From positions 16,769,893 through 16,833,892 of the forward strand of contig JARFYF010000074.1 in NCBI GenBank assembly GCA_030265395.1: a stretch of 64,000 nt of DNA, in the 5' to 3' direction. The DNA is from Rhina ancylostomus (taxonomy: Eukaryota). Below, in pieces: positions 36,009-48,105 of the stretch. The translations under genes and the position numbers were made by a program. Numbering within the stretch: position 1 is the stretch's first letter; every line of letters starts with the position of its first letter. The notes beneath the pieces are model-generated. The model worked only from the letters and a program-made list of their open reading frames with translations, made no database searches and was not told the DNA's origin.

Positions 36009-36679
36009 TGTAGCACATTCTGAATATTGCAGACTCACAAGATAAACTGTGAGCATCTGTACTCTGGCATGTGGTGACCTTAGCTACCATTGAGGGCAAT
36101 GGGCCTGTGCCAGCAAAATATGACTCATAAACAGATTATGTCTTTAATTTGTAAATGTAAAGGGATGCCCCTCCAATATTGATCTTGATTTTTAAGATCA
36201 TCCACAGCCTACTGATAGCAAAGGACAAGTTTTATCATAAAATCATAGAGAGCAAATCAACTTCAAGATGGAGTTCTGCCCTGGGGAGACCTGACACAAT
36301 GTCTTTGGACAGATATGGCGCCTGTTTTGTTAAGTTTGAGAGTTCCACAGTTGACTACAGGTATGTCTATATGATGGTGAAATACCTGCCAGTAAATGCA
36401 GTGATGTCACCTTATTTTCATCTTGAAATTTAACAAATTACTACAATATAATATGGTTGGTGAATACAGGAGTAAGTTTATTCCAATTGGAATAGCATTG
36501 TCATTAGAATCTGATTTGATATTCGGCGCAGACTAAATGGTCAGAATTGTCATTCTGCTGACAATCAGCTATTCAAACAATTGATGTCTATCGTTGGTCC
36601 ATTCCCAATCACCTGTTTCCTCCCTTAGTCTGCCCAATTGTAGTTATGGTACCATATCAGTAAAACACACTCCCAAAAA

Positions 36680-37062
36680 GATGACATAAAAACAGAGAAG
36701 CTGGAAACACTCACCAGGTCAGGCAGTATCTATTGGTATTGGTTTATTATTGTCACTTGTACCGAGGTACAGTGGGAAAACTTGTCTTGCATACTGATCG
36801 TACAGGTCAATTCATTACACAGTGCAGTCGTATTGAGTTAGTACAGAGTGCATTGAGGTAGTACATGTTAAAAACAATAACAGTAGAGAGTAAAGTGTCA
36901 TAGCTACAGAGAGAGTGCAATGCAGGTAGATGATAAGGTGCAAGGTCACAACAAGGTAGATTGTGAGGTTAGAGTCCCTCTCATTGCATAAGGAAACTGT
37001 TTTAATAGTGGAATCTGTGGCAAGAATTAACATTTCAGGTCCAGGAACCCTATGTCAGAATT
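36680..37062 (-). mobile_element. Penelope-like end split by a Rex1 tail insertion
   Basis: gctggaaacactcaccaggtcaggcagtatct ... atctgtggcaagaattaacatttcaggtcc. Confidence 0.7.
36732..37012 (-). mobile_element. Rex1/Babar-type 3' UTR, possible ATCT TSD
   Basis: Same family as 19076-19210; ATCT at 36728-36731 and 37013-37016. Confidence 0.7.
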
Positions 37063-38054
37063 TCCTGAGAAGTTGATCTTGACTTCCTCTGAAAAAGGAA
37101 ACTTTGAGTATGGGGTTTCTGGTTGACAAGTAGCAGAAATGGTGAATATATATTTGGATTCACAGGAAGCAGTAATCAACTCGTGTTGAAAGTTCCTAAC
37201 TTCTGTATTTCCTCTTTGATATATCCCTTGACAACCATATCTGTATTCTTCAAATAACATAATTGCTAGTAAATTTGTGAAAAATACTTCAGTTTAAATA
37301 GTTAAACTGCTGTCAGATATGTTCCCCATCAAATAACTCTGACATAGACTATCAATCATTGTGAATCGTTACTTCTTGAATGTCAACATTCTCATCGGCA
37401 ATGTACCTCGGGAAAAGATTTTAAAGAATTGAATGACTGCAGATCAAAAAAAAATGCAATTATTCTGACGTCTATCAAACAATTAATATTTTTGAGGAAT
37501 TCTCATCTCTTATGGAAGTGTTATCGATGCTGCCTTATGTTCTTTGTTGATGCACAGAGATTGTAAATGCAAATACCAAAATGCTTCAGTGAGCTTGCCT
37601 TTAAATAAATGAAGAGTAAGATTTTTTCTCACCAGTACCCTTCCTCACCCCTCCACTCAAAGAAGAGATATTCCTGTTTCAAGATAAGAAACAGAGCTGC
37701 GTGACCAAGTGAGTCCGGATTTGGAGAATAATTGGAAGGGCATACACAACGAAATCAGAAACATGGACTTGGTGACTTTGTCTCTCAAAAAGAGTGGGGG
37801 GAAAAGAAAGAGACACATTTATTGATCGGTCACTGAATGTATCAATACAGAGCTGTTATCAGTATCACCAGTCAAAAACATTCAATTATAAATTGCTGAT
37901 CATCTACAGATCTTTAATATGATAACATTTAGATAATCTGTAAAATTCACTCTACTTTTACATTTATGTACACCTTCCAGCTCTCAAAACAATGAAAATA
38001 ATTTTATTGAACACAACACAAAGAAAAGTTATAATGCAAATATGTTGAATTGGT

Positions 38055-38420
38055 AGCAACACCACAAAAAGCTGGAGGAACTCAGTGGGTCAGGCAGCAT
38101 CTATGGAGCAAAATGGACAGTCAACATTTGTGGTTGACACCTATCAATTGGATCGGAGTAAGCTTGTTTCTCTTTGAAATAGCATTGCCATTAGAACCTG
38201 GATTGAAATCCTGTTCAGGTTAGATGGTCAGAATTGTCTTTCTGCAATTGACCAACTATTTAGACAGTTGATGTCCCTTGTTGGCCCAATCCTGATCACC
38301 TGATGTCTCAACCCAAAATGTCGACTGTCTATTTCCCTCCATAGATGCTGCCTGACTTGCTGAGATCCTACAGTGCTTTGTTGCTCCATATTCCATCATC
38401 GGCACTCTTGTGTCTCTATG
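38055..38420. mobile_element. Inverted pair of Penelope-like ends enclosing about 150 bp of other sequence
   Basis: Arms gctggaggaactcagtgggtcaggcagcatctatggag and ctccatagatgctgcctgacttgctgagatcctacag. Confidence 0.8.
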
Positions 38421-38769
38421 TTGAATTGTTAGTTGGATATTATAAGTAAATGTCTACCTGTGACTGATTTTGTTCACACTGAGATAAAATGTTTGTTTAA
38501 AATATTAATGAACTGATGGGTTCTAAACTTTTTCACATTAACCAACAAAGCCATAATTGTCTCATTTCATTGTGAATTAGATATCATTGGAAAAGACTTG
38601 TATTGATTTAAAAAAAACATATTGAGACAAATAACTGACCTTAAATGTTTAGTGTTTATCAATACACCACATAAAATAAAATCAATTTAAATTTACAACT
38701 TCAAAACCAGTTCAATAACTCCTCTCCGGAAATCAAAATATATATTAAAGCTTCAAGGATAATCATTGG

Positions 38770-38965
38770 CATGGATCCCCTTGCTCACAAGAGCTAGAAG
38801 TTTATTGGATGAAGGAGCATATGGGCTAAAGATTGCTCGACATTGGGGAAAACTGTACACAATGGCCAAGGTATTGTTCACAACAGAACAGGGCCAGGAC
38901 AAAGTGCACAAATGCTTTTCATCTTTTGGAGGAAGAGGTGTGATTTGGAGACTGAAGCTCAGGGT
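38770..38965 (+). pseudogene. Myb/SANT-like (Harbinger ORF) fossil
   Basis: PCSQELEV(fs)LLDEG...IARHWGKL...ends CAGG|GTAAGA; resembles FSDQELEVLLDEV..W. Confidence 0.35.
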
Positions 38966-40814
38966 AAGATGATAAGAAGTACTTGAGCCTCAGTGACTGG
39001 GGACGGGGGTGAAAAAGGTTTGGAAATCAGGATCTTAAGTGTTGAATCAAGCCAGTTTGGTAATGCTTACTCTGTTATCTAGTGTGTTATTTAGCGAGAT
39101 GACCACTAACTGTAGAGTCTGTCCCAAATTGAAAATTTCTGGAAATGCAGAAATAACAATATGCAACTGATTTATTCATCTGTTGAGCAAGTTAAGTGGT
39201 TGAATCGAACAGTGACATTCGCAATAAGAACTATGCCAGCCACACTTGATTACTTAAGGAGACTCTGCATTGAATCCCACACAATGACTTAAATGAAACT
39301 GGCATTACACTGCAATGTTAAATATAATTATCTATGATGCCATCCTTCAGAGGAGTCACATGGTCAAATCCTAGTTAGTTTATCCTTTCAGCTCAGCATG
39401 TATTGAAGGCAATGAAAAAGAGCAAGGAATTTTCTAGTGTCAATAACAAAATTGATTCATCTCATAACTCCAATCAAAATTCCTCTCATTTCAGTTTGTG
39501 TGAGGCTGTACTGTGTAATAAATGTCTGTCATATGTATGCACATTGTAATGAAAGAATCAGTCTTTTATGGAGGAGGAGGAACAAAAGATTCCTGAACCT
39601 TAACTCAGGAAGGTGACTAGAGCTCGTCCATAATGATAGAAAAATGGACATGGTGGTGAAGGATGGCGGAACTTTCAGGGAAAATTGAGTGTCAAGAAAA
39701 GACAGTCTGAGATGTTGTCACTAATGGTGGAGTGGAAAAGTTATGTGGGAAAAAAATGTACATATGAGAACCAGAGGACCTCGAAGTTATGAGTTTTTGA
39801 GAAGGCTTTTTAGCTGGAATAGAAAAATAGACTTGCCTTTCATGTGGTTTTCAGATCATCCAACAGAAGCCAATGAAGTAGTTTTGAAATGTCATGTGTG
39901 GTAACATAGGAAGTAGAGACACCAAATGTATGCACAGTAAACTCTTACAAGCACCACAGTGATAACGACAAGATAATAGCCTGGAAATTTGTAGTGCACC
40001 ACTACTGGGCCTCTGCACGGTAATTGCTCAAGTTATGGTTTGATAGGAATGTTGGCAAATGGAGGACCAGGCCCCTGTGTGGAGGAGTGGTGGTGAGAGA
40101 GCAGCAGTTAAAAAATTGGGAATGAAAGATGTTGAATGTTCAGGGCTTCTATCAGGGGCATCAAAAGGTTGGAATTTGGGAACTGGCACAATAGACATTA
40201 GAACTTCACACCATTAGGGATGTGGAGGTGTTAGGGCATTTGGGAGAGTTGAGAACTGAACTTGGTGAGCAATTGGGAATGGATTGGTACCATGGGATGC
40301 AAAGTTTGAGCTCCTGAAGGATAGAAGTTATGCTTGGGATTTAACAGTATTGTACTAGGAAAACATAATTGCCCAAAGATGGTCACTTTCAGAACAATAT
40401 TGGCTCACTTTCCCTCAAATGACATCACTCTGTTGCAGGTCTCTTGCTGAAACTACATCAGACATGTAAGTGTGACCTACAAGGAAAAGTGGCCAATTAA
40501 ATTTATACATTGGAACAATATATCTGGAAAATTTGAAAGTAAATGGTACTGTTGAGAGATTGGGCAAATGTCTTAAAAATCAATAGCAAATGAAACAGAA
40601 CCTAGATTTTGCAAAGTTCAGTCTTGACAAGAATAGGAATGGAGTTAGTTACTGAGTACAGAATCAAAAGTTTGCTGGCCTTCAACTCCTTGTATTTAAT
40701 TGGAAAGAATCTTGGAATGTTTGTGGCTGTTTATTGGAAATGGGGATGGTTGTGGAGTCAGAGATTATCAGGTAAAGACATCTGGGTCCCATCGTCATAC
40801 AAATGGAACCTGAT

Positions 40815-41058
40815 CAAAATAGAATCAGAGAATACTTGTAATATTCAATGGGTCAAGCAGCATCTGTGACAAGGTGAACAGCTGGCATTTCAGGTTGATG
40901 ACCTTTCATTAGAAATGGGTTCTGATGAAAGGTTATCAGCATGAATCATTAACTCTTATTTTTTCTCTCCACAGATGCTGCATATTCTGCTGAGTACTTC
41001 CAGATTATTTCCGTTTTCATTTCATGTTTCCTTTATCTGTAGAGTGTTGTTTTCTGAT
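40815..41058. mobile_element. Palindromic Penelope-derived element
   Basis: gtcaagcagcatctgtg...tgacctttcattagaaatgggttctgatgaaaggttatca...ccacagatgctgc..tgctgagtacttccag. Confidence 0.75.
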
Positions 41059-41309
41059 CCTACACCAATTGGATTATATCATTGAAGGATAGAATGAGAA
41101 GAGAAGGTACAGTCTTGGTGGACTCCAGAAATGACTAATAACATATTAGTTTTCTTGACTTGTCAGAGACTGGATCCAAACAAGGATAGTCCCACACTGG
41201 GAATGAATCGCACAATAAACTTCTACTTAATAATTTGTGAAATGCTTGGCAGTGTTTCTAAAAATAACATGCTGAGTTATCAAATAAATTCACAGATTTT
41301 CAAATCATA

Positions 41310-41590
41310 AAATGGGCCATTCAGCCCACATTACCTGTGCCAGCACTTGAAATTTTACTGTACCTCCTTGCAAAGGATTCTTTCTCAATTCGATGCACAA
41401 TTTATTTTTTCCTAGTCTCCCCACTGGTCCTTTTGTCAATTATCTTAAACTGTGTCTTCTGGGTACAAACATTTCTGCCAGTGGCAACAGTTTCTCTTTA
41501 TTTACTATATCAAAGCCTTTATAATTCTGACCACCTCCATTCTCCTTCTTGTGCTCAAAGGAGAAAAGTCCCAGCTTCCCTAACCTACCT
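41310..41590 (-). mobile_element. Decayed CR1 3' fragment
   Basis: ggccattcagccca..; ccttcttgtgctcaaaggagaaaagtcccagcttccctaacct. Confidence 0.6.
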
Positions 41591-43087
41591 TTCCTTTGGT
41601 TTACTGTTGAATTGCAAAGTTAATGCAAAAGTTGTTGATGAGCAAGTTCATCTTTGATATTTGACTTGAATTATTTTTTCTCCATCTTCTGAAAGTTCTG
41701 ACTGTTGGCAGATTGCCATCCATGTCCATCACATTTGAACGTTATACTTTGACACAATCTGCAAGGCATTATTCAGATTACTGTAGATCAGCAATATGAG
41801 ATGGTCACATTTAAATAGATCAGAAATAACCAGTGTTTTGGGGACATGAAATATCTGAAGAGGAGTATGATTTTTTTTTCTCTTTTTGTTTGATATCTAG
41901 TCCCTGAAATGCAATGCTTTTATTTAATATGCACTCCAGTAAAATCAATATATTTGAAACCTGCACAACTGCAAGTAATGTATCTTTTTCCTTTCTGGTA
42001 ATTAAAGGTGAAATGTTGCAAATTAGATACTGTATATTTATGAGATCAAGGAGGAAGATATTTCTTAAGTGCTGTGCAGTGACAAGGTTTCTATTTTGCA
42101 TTAGCTGCAAGAATGCAAAAAATGAAAGCATTTTATACACAGGGTGGTCTTGCGATTGACTTTCTGAATAAGCTGGAAAAACTTTTCTCATCTAATTGAA
42201 TTCCTTGGGGCTGAGCTGTAGGTGTCATCAGTGGTGAAAGCCCATTTCTGGATTATGATATTCAACTGCTATGAACTGTCGAAGGCTCTGAGTGGGAGAT
42301 TTAAAGTCAGAAATCTCTGACCCATGGAGGAACAGTCTCCTGAGGAATCTCTCTATAAAGCTGACAGATGTGCATCTGAGTAGAATGGCTAAAGCTGGAA
42401 TAATCATGGGAGTTCACTCTGAAATAAACTGGAGACTAGTTTCAGGTACCATGTGGGTGTACACAGTTTAAATTTAACATCCAGAAGTAAACAGCTAGAT
42501 TATCTTATTTGTGTGTAAATTGTATCCAGTTATTGCCTATTCAAATAAACTCCTTTAAATTGATGATGCATCAAAACATAAGAGGAAGAATAAAGTTGGT
42601 GTCATTTACAGCATTTAATTTACTCTTCTCAGAAACTCCCTTTAAGTTAACACAACTTCATGGACGATCTTCTGTTCCATCTGACACATAACTGAAGCTC
42701 CAAAGTTAAAGTCCAGTTATTTGCTTAATGCAGTGTGTATAATTAAAATCCGTATATATAAAGATGTGTAAATGTGGCTATTCACGCCGGTGTTATAAAA
42801 GAGGTGTTCATTATTAGATTGAGGATGAGCAGTGGGTCAAGTGTCAGAAGATTATGGAAAGACTTGCCTATGCCTTCCCATATTTATTCTTTGTTTTGGT
42901 GGCTCTTCAGCTGGTGCAGGAAATGAATCAACTCATTCTCCATCTGTTACTCAAGTCTCATGGATTGGATCAATCCACAACATCCAGAGCATTGCATATG
43001 ACTGACTACCTGGCCTGCTTCATTAATGGTTCCTCTCTGGTGGGAAGATAGTTGGCATCAACCTTATCCCACATGGTTCCAGTGCTA

Positions 43088-43268
43088 AAAATGCAATAAA
43101 ACTCAAAAAATGCCAGAAATGCTCAGCAGGTCAGATTTAGTTCTGCCAATGTGTAGCTTTTTATCACAGCCTTTGAAACACTGACTGCCTGAAATGTAAA
43201 TTCATTTTCTTGCTCTATAGATATTTTCTGGCCTGCTGAGTACCTCCAGCATTTTTTGTTTTTATTTC
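43088..43268. mobile_element. Palindromic Penelope-derived element (degenerate)
   Basis: aaatgccagaaatgctcagcaggtcaga ... tctggcctgctgagtacctccagcattttttgtttttatt. Confidence 0.7.
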
Positions 43269-44169
43269 CTATTTCTCCCATTCACATTGTTTTGCTTCTG
43301 TGCTGCAGCATGTAAGATGCACCTGACCAGGTTTAGTGGCATGGTTGTAGATGGTTTTTCTCCAGCAGTACCTGGTGATGTCCAAACCTTGACATTCTGG
43401 CTAATTCAGGATCAGCCCCAGGGAGAGAATGAATGCACCAAATGTTGAGCAGGTACGGTGCAGATTCGTGTTGATCCTGGTACTTGTTTTTAAATGGTAT
43501 CAAAAGCAAAAAAATGGTGAGCTTATGAGCATGAAATCAAAATTTTTAAATAAGATTTAAATGAGATTAGGGAGAAAAAAAACTGTGATATAAGTTTTTA
43601 ATTGTGAAAGTGGCAGGGATTGCCTTTTTGAATAAGCGTAATTCTTCATTTACCAGGTTCCACAATAGCTCAAATTTCAAAATGGAATTTTCATATTTTG
43701 TAATGTATCCTAAATGAATACAGTGCTGTTTCATCCATTTAAACTGAATGCAAAATCAATATTTGTTTAAAAGAAATTGCAACTTCCAGAAGGACCACAG
43801 CACCATCCATCTTTGGAAAGTGGTTCTAAATTAAAAATGTTTCCAAAAGATTGTGCTTCATTGCACTGATGTACTCAGTAAAGGAGAAAAATGCAAATTA
43901 TTGTAAGTATTTAGTTAGAATGGGTTTTTATCTCAATAATGATGAAAATTCATATCATTCATTGTTAATGAGGAGATTTCTTCTAATATTCTTTTGACAT
44001 TTTTTTATTGGCTTCTGCCTGAATAACAGCATAACCTCCGAATCACATTGAGCAATAACCTGTGGGATCACTCAAAATATATCTTGAGTGGCTGCATATT
44101 TTATCACTTTGTTGTAACAATGAAATGCAACAAATAAATTCACAGCAGATCAGGTGTTCTGGATAACAT

Positions 44170-44560
44170 AGAGCACTGTTGAGAGAAGTCTTGCTTCTGA
44201 GTCAAAAGGTTGTGAGTTTGAGGTCCTCCCCAGGGAACTGAGCACAAAAGATATTTTGATTACTGAATGACAGAAGGAGTGGTCCACTGTCAATGGCCCT
44301 GCCTACTCCCTGAGATGAACAATTTCTTTGTAAAGAACAATGACGTTATCTGCAATACTCTGAGCAATTATCAAGTCCCAATTAGCATCACTATAACAGA
44401 ATATATGGTCACAACCACAATGATGTTGTGAGATCTTGCAAAAATGTCTATCCTATTTCCAACATTATATCAGAAACTGCACTTCACAACGTTTCATTGA
44501 CTGTAAACCACATTGGGATATCTTGATGTCATAACATTTACTGCAGAAGTGCAAGATTAT
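44170..44560 (+). mobile_element. Deu-domain tRNA SINE
   Basis: cttgcttctgagtcaaaaggttgtgagtttgaggtcc..gagcacaaa..cattgactgtaaaccacattgggatatcttga. Confidence 0.7.
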
Positions 44561-45134
44561 ACTTTATGGTAGAAAAATAAATCCAGACATTGCATACTGA
44601 ATTTTGCCAGATGTTAGCCTGAACTTTAGAGCAGACATAATTATATGGGTTTCCATATCAAGTTAAAGAACCGTTGGTTAAAAGGGACTTAGCGATATAA
44701 TGTATAAACATCATAACTATGCTTCAGTGGAGCATCACTGGAGATCTGCTATTACCACATAAATGTTATTTAAACATATTTATTTTACTCTGCAATCAGA
44801 TAACAGCTTTATGATATTTGCATGCTAAACAGCATGCTACAGATAGAGCCAAATGACCTCTCATCAAATAGATTAAATCAACATCCAGTCATGAATGGTG
44901 GTAGACTAGAAAATGCCGCTTGCCTTCATACAGCTGACTGATGCCCAGATTGGGTTTCACCAGGACCAGCCTTGATTAAAGTAGAAACCAAAGAGTTGAA
45001 ATCAAGAGAGGAAGGGGGTGTGATGGCCCTTGACATGAAGGCAGCATTTGACTGACCATGGCATAAAGGCACCCTCTAATGTCCTAGGTCCAACCATCTT
45101 CAATGGGTCCAAGATGATCTTCCTTCCACAATAA

Positions 45135-46318
45135 GGTTGGAAGATAGGGCAATGGAAGTCATCTACATGGACTTTAGTAATGCATTTGAAAAGGTCCCTC
45201 GTGGTAGACTTAATCAGAAGATTAAGCTGCATGGTGACTTGGTGGATTGGATTCAAAATTGACTTGGCCATAGAAGATGGAGGGTAATGGTAGAGGGGTG
45301 TTATTCTGACTGAAGGTCTGTGACCAGTGGTGTTCTGCAGGGATCAGTGCTGGGACCTCTGTTGTTGGTGATTATATATAAATGACTTGGATGAAAATGT
45401 AGATGGGCTGATCAGTAAGTTCATAGATGACACAAAGATTGGCAGAGCCATGGATAGTGAAGAAAGTTTTCAGCAGGATCTGGATCAGTTGCAGATATGG
45501 GCGCATAAGCTGCAGATGGAGCTCGATCCAGACAAGTATGAGGGATTGCATTTTGGAAGGCCAAATGAAAGGAGAAAGTATACATTATCTGGCAGGGCCT
45601 TCAGGAGCATTGGTGTACGGAGGGCTCTTGGGTTCCAAGTCCATAGTTCCCTGAAAGTGGCAACACAAGTAAATAGGGTGATAAAGGAAATGTATAGCAT
45701 GCTCACCATCGTTTGGGGCATTGAGTACAAGAGTCAGGAATAGGTTGCAGCTGTATAAGAACTTTGGTGAGGCTGCATTTGGAATATTGTGTAGTTCTGG
45801 TTTCCCCATTATAGGATGGATGTGGAAGGTTTGGAGAAGGTGGAGAAGAAGTTCACCAGGATACGACCTGGATAAGAGTGCATGAGCTACAAGGAGAGGC
45901 AGGACAAACTTGGATTGTTTCCTCTGGAGTGTCAGAGGCTGGGGAGTAATCTGATGCTGGTTTATGGTATTTTGAGAAGCATCGATAGGGTAGATAGTAG
46001 GTCTTTTTTTTCCCCAGGTTATAAATGTCAAATACTAGAGGGCATAGGTTTAAGGTGAGAGGAGGAAGGTTTAAAGGAGATAGGTGTGGGGTAGGTTTAT
46101 TTTGCACAGAAGGTGATAGGTGCCTGAAATGCACTGCCATTGGTGCTGGTGGATGCAGACATGAGAGCAATGTTTAGGAAGAATTGAGGCAGGCACGTGG
46201 ACATACAGGGAGTGGAGGGGTATGGGTCATGTGCAAGCAGATGGGTTTAGATTAAATTCTCACCATGGTTGGCACAGACATTGCATGCTGAAAGGCCTGT
46301 TCCTGTCGTATAGTTCTA
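45135..46318 (+). mobile_element. CR1 LINE: RT domain to 3' end, with stops
   Basis: VIYMDFSNAFEKVP; SGVLQGSVLGPLLLVIIY.NDLDENVDGLISKFIDDTKIG; LYKNFGEAAFGIL frame; TRGHRFKVRGGRFKG. Confidence 0.95.
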
Positions 46319-46729
46319 GAAGTGGGGATGTTCACTGAGGACTGCACAATTTGAAATTCCCTTCACAATTCCTCAGCAAATAACACTGTTCATGACCGCA
46401 TGCAGTAAGAACTAGACAATATTAAGAAATGGAGTAGTGGTGCATACACGCAGCGGTTGTTTGACAAAAGCCCTGGGTAATAACCATTTCCAGTAAGAAT
46501 TTAAGCACCAGTGAGTCACTCACCATCAATACCCTGAGGGTCGCAATTGACCAAAAAATCAACAGGTACATAAATACACTGACCAGGACAGCAAGTCAGA
46601 GTTTCGGTATCGTGTGACAAATGACTCATTGCTTGTTACTGCAAAAGCTTTGCACCATCTGCAAGACACAAGGCAGAAAACATGGAATACTTTCCACTTG
46701 GGTGAAGAATGCAGTTCCAATGATAGACC

Positions 46730-46839
46730 AATGCTCAAAAAGTGCTGGAGGAGCTCAGAAGGTCAGGCAACATCCATGAAGGGAAATAAACAGTCAACGT
46801 TTTGGGTTGAGACCCTTCATCAGGACTGGAAAAGAAGGT
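46730..46839 (-). mobile_element. Penelope-like end with hammerhead motif at 46791-46828
   Basis: rc CAGTC-CTGATGA-AGGGTCTCAACCC-AAAAC-GTT-GACTG. Stem I is perfect; GAAA to AAAA and GTC to GTT both fall at CpG sites. Confidence 0.8.
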
Positions 46840-46954
46840 NNNNNNNNNNNNNNNNNNNNNNNNNNNNNNNNNNNNNNNNNNNNNNNNNNNNNNNNNNNNN
46901 NNNNNNNNNNNNNNNNNNNNNNNNNNNNNNNNNNNNNNNCCATATCACCACTTG

Positions 46955-47172
46955 AAACATTCATAGAACAATACAGTGCAATACAGGACCTTCAGCCCAC
47001 CATGTTGTGCTGCCCTTCAAACCACACCAAAGACTATCTCACCCCTTCCTCCCACATATCCATCTATCTTAAATTCCTCCATATGCTTATCTCACAATCT
47101 CTTGAACTTGACCGACATATTAGCCTCCACTACCACACCAGGCAGCACAGTCCAGGCACCAACCACTCTCTG
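46955..47172 (-). mobile_element. CR1 3' end
   Basis: catagaacaatacagtgcaatacaggaccttcagcccaccatgttgtg; rc TQRVVGAWTVLPGVVVEAN. Confidence 0.85.
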
Positions 47173-47769
47173 GGTGGTTCCTTCCATTCCTTTCACTGCC
47201 AGTACACAATGGCTGCAGTGCATATATCTGCAAAATGCACTGCGGTTACTCCTCTGGGCTGCTCTGACATCATCATTCAAGCCCATGGCCTCTACCACCA
47301 AGGAAGATTAGGGTTTCAGATGCATGGCAACAGCACTGTGTGCAATTCCTCTCCAAGTCACGGGATACTGACTCACACATATAGTTGTTCCTTCATTGTC
47401 ACTGGATTGAAGTCCAAAATCCCCTCTCCAACAGCATTGTAGTTCTACCCTCACCAGAAAGATTTGAACAGTTCAAGAAGATGGCTCTTTACCTGCATCT
47501 CAAGGGCAGTACTGCATGGATATTACATGCTGTTCGTGCCATTGATACCAAGATTCTCAGAAAGGAACAAAAATTAACACCCAAAATGTGCTGTTTGTGC
47601 AAGAGTATCAATAGCTGCTGTATCTATAAAAGACTAGAAATACTTTGGCTGTTTCAAAATTAGCTTCATTCTTGCATGTTGATTACACCTAATTCAATTA
47701 AGTTTTATATTTGTAAACATGAAGCTGGGTGTTATTTGTACAGCACCACTGTAGTACATGCTTCCATTA

Positions 47770-48105
47770 GGGTGGGATACCATGGTGGTCAAGTAACTGG
47801 ACTAGAATCTGGAGGCCAGGACCATTGATTGTAGACAGGAATTCAAATCCCACCTCAACAGCTGGAGAATTTAAATTCAAGAATTATATCTGGAATTGAA
47901 AGATAAGACTGGTGTCTGTAATGGCAACATTTGAAACTTGCAGATTGTTGCTAAAAAGGTAATGTAGTTCCCAATGTGTTTTGGGCAAAGATAACTGCCA
48001 TCCTTGCCTCATCTGGCCCAACCACCAATTTGATTCACTCTTTAGTGTCAGAGCAACTGTGGATGGGCAATAAATTATGGCATTTGCCATGCTCAAAGGA
48101 ATAAA
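47770..48105 (+). mobile_element. tRNA-derived SINE sharing its tail with the old L2/Crack-like LINE
   Basis: Head gtaactggactagaatctggagg..aattcaaatcccacc..agctgg; tail agcaactgtggatgggcaataaattatggc. Confidence 0.65.

Larger units (their letters stand above)
46330..47560 (+). mobile_element. Old L2/Crack-like LINE 3' part with nested Penelope end and CR1 tail
   Basis: ccatcaataccctgagggtcgcaattgaccaaaaa; cattcctttcactgccagtacacaatggctgcagtg; tail gttcaagaagatggctctttacctgcatctcaagggca. Confidence 0.65.
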
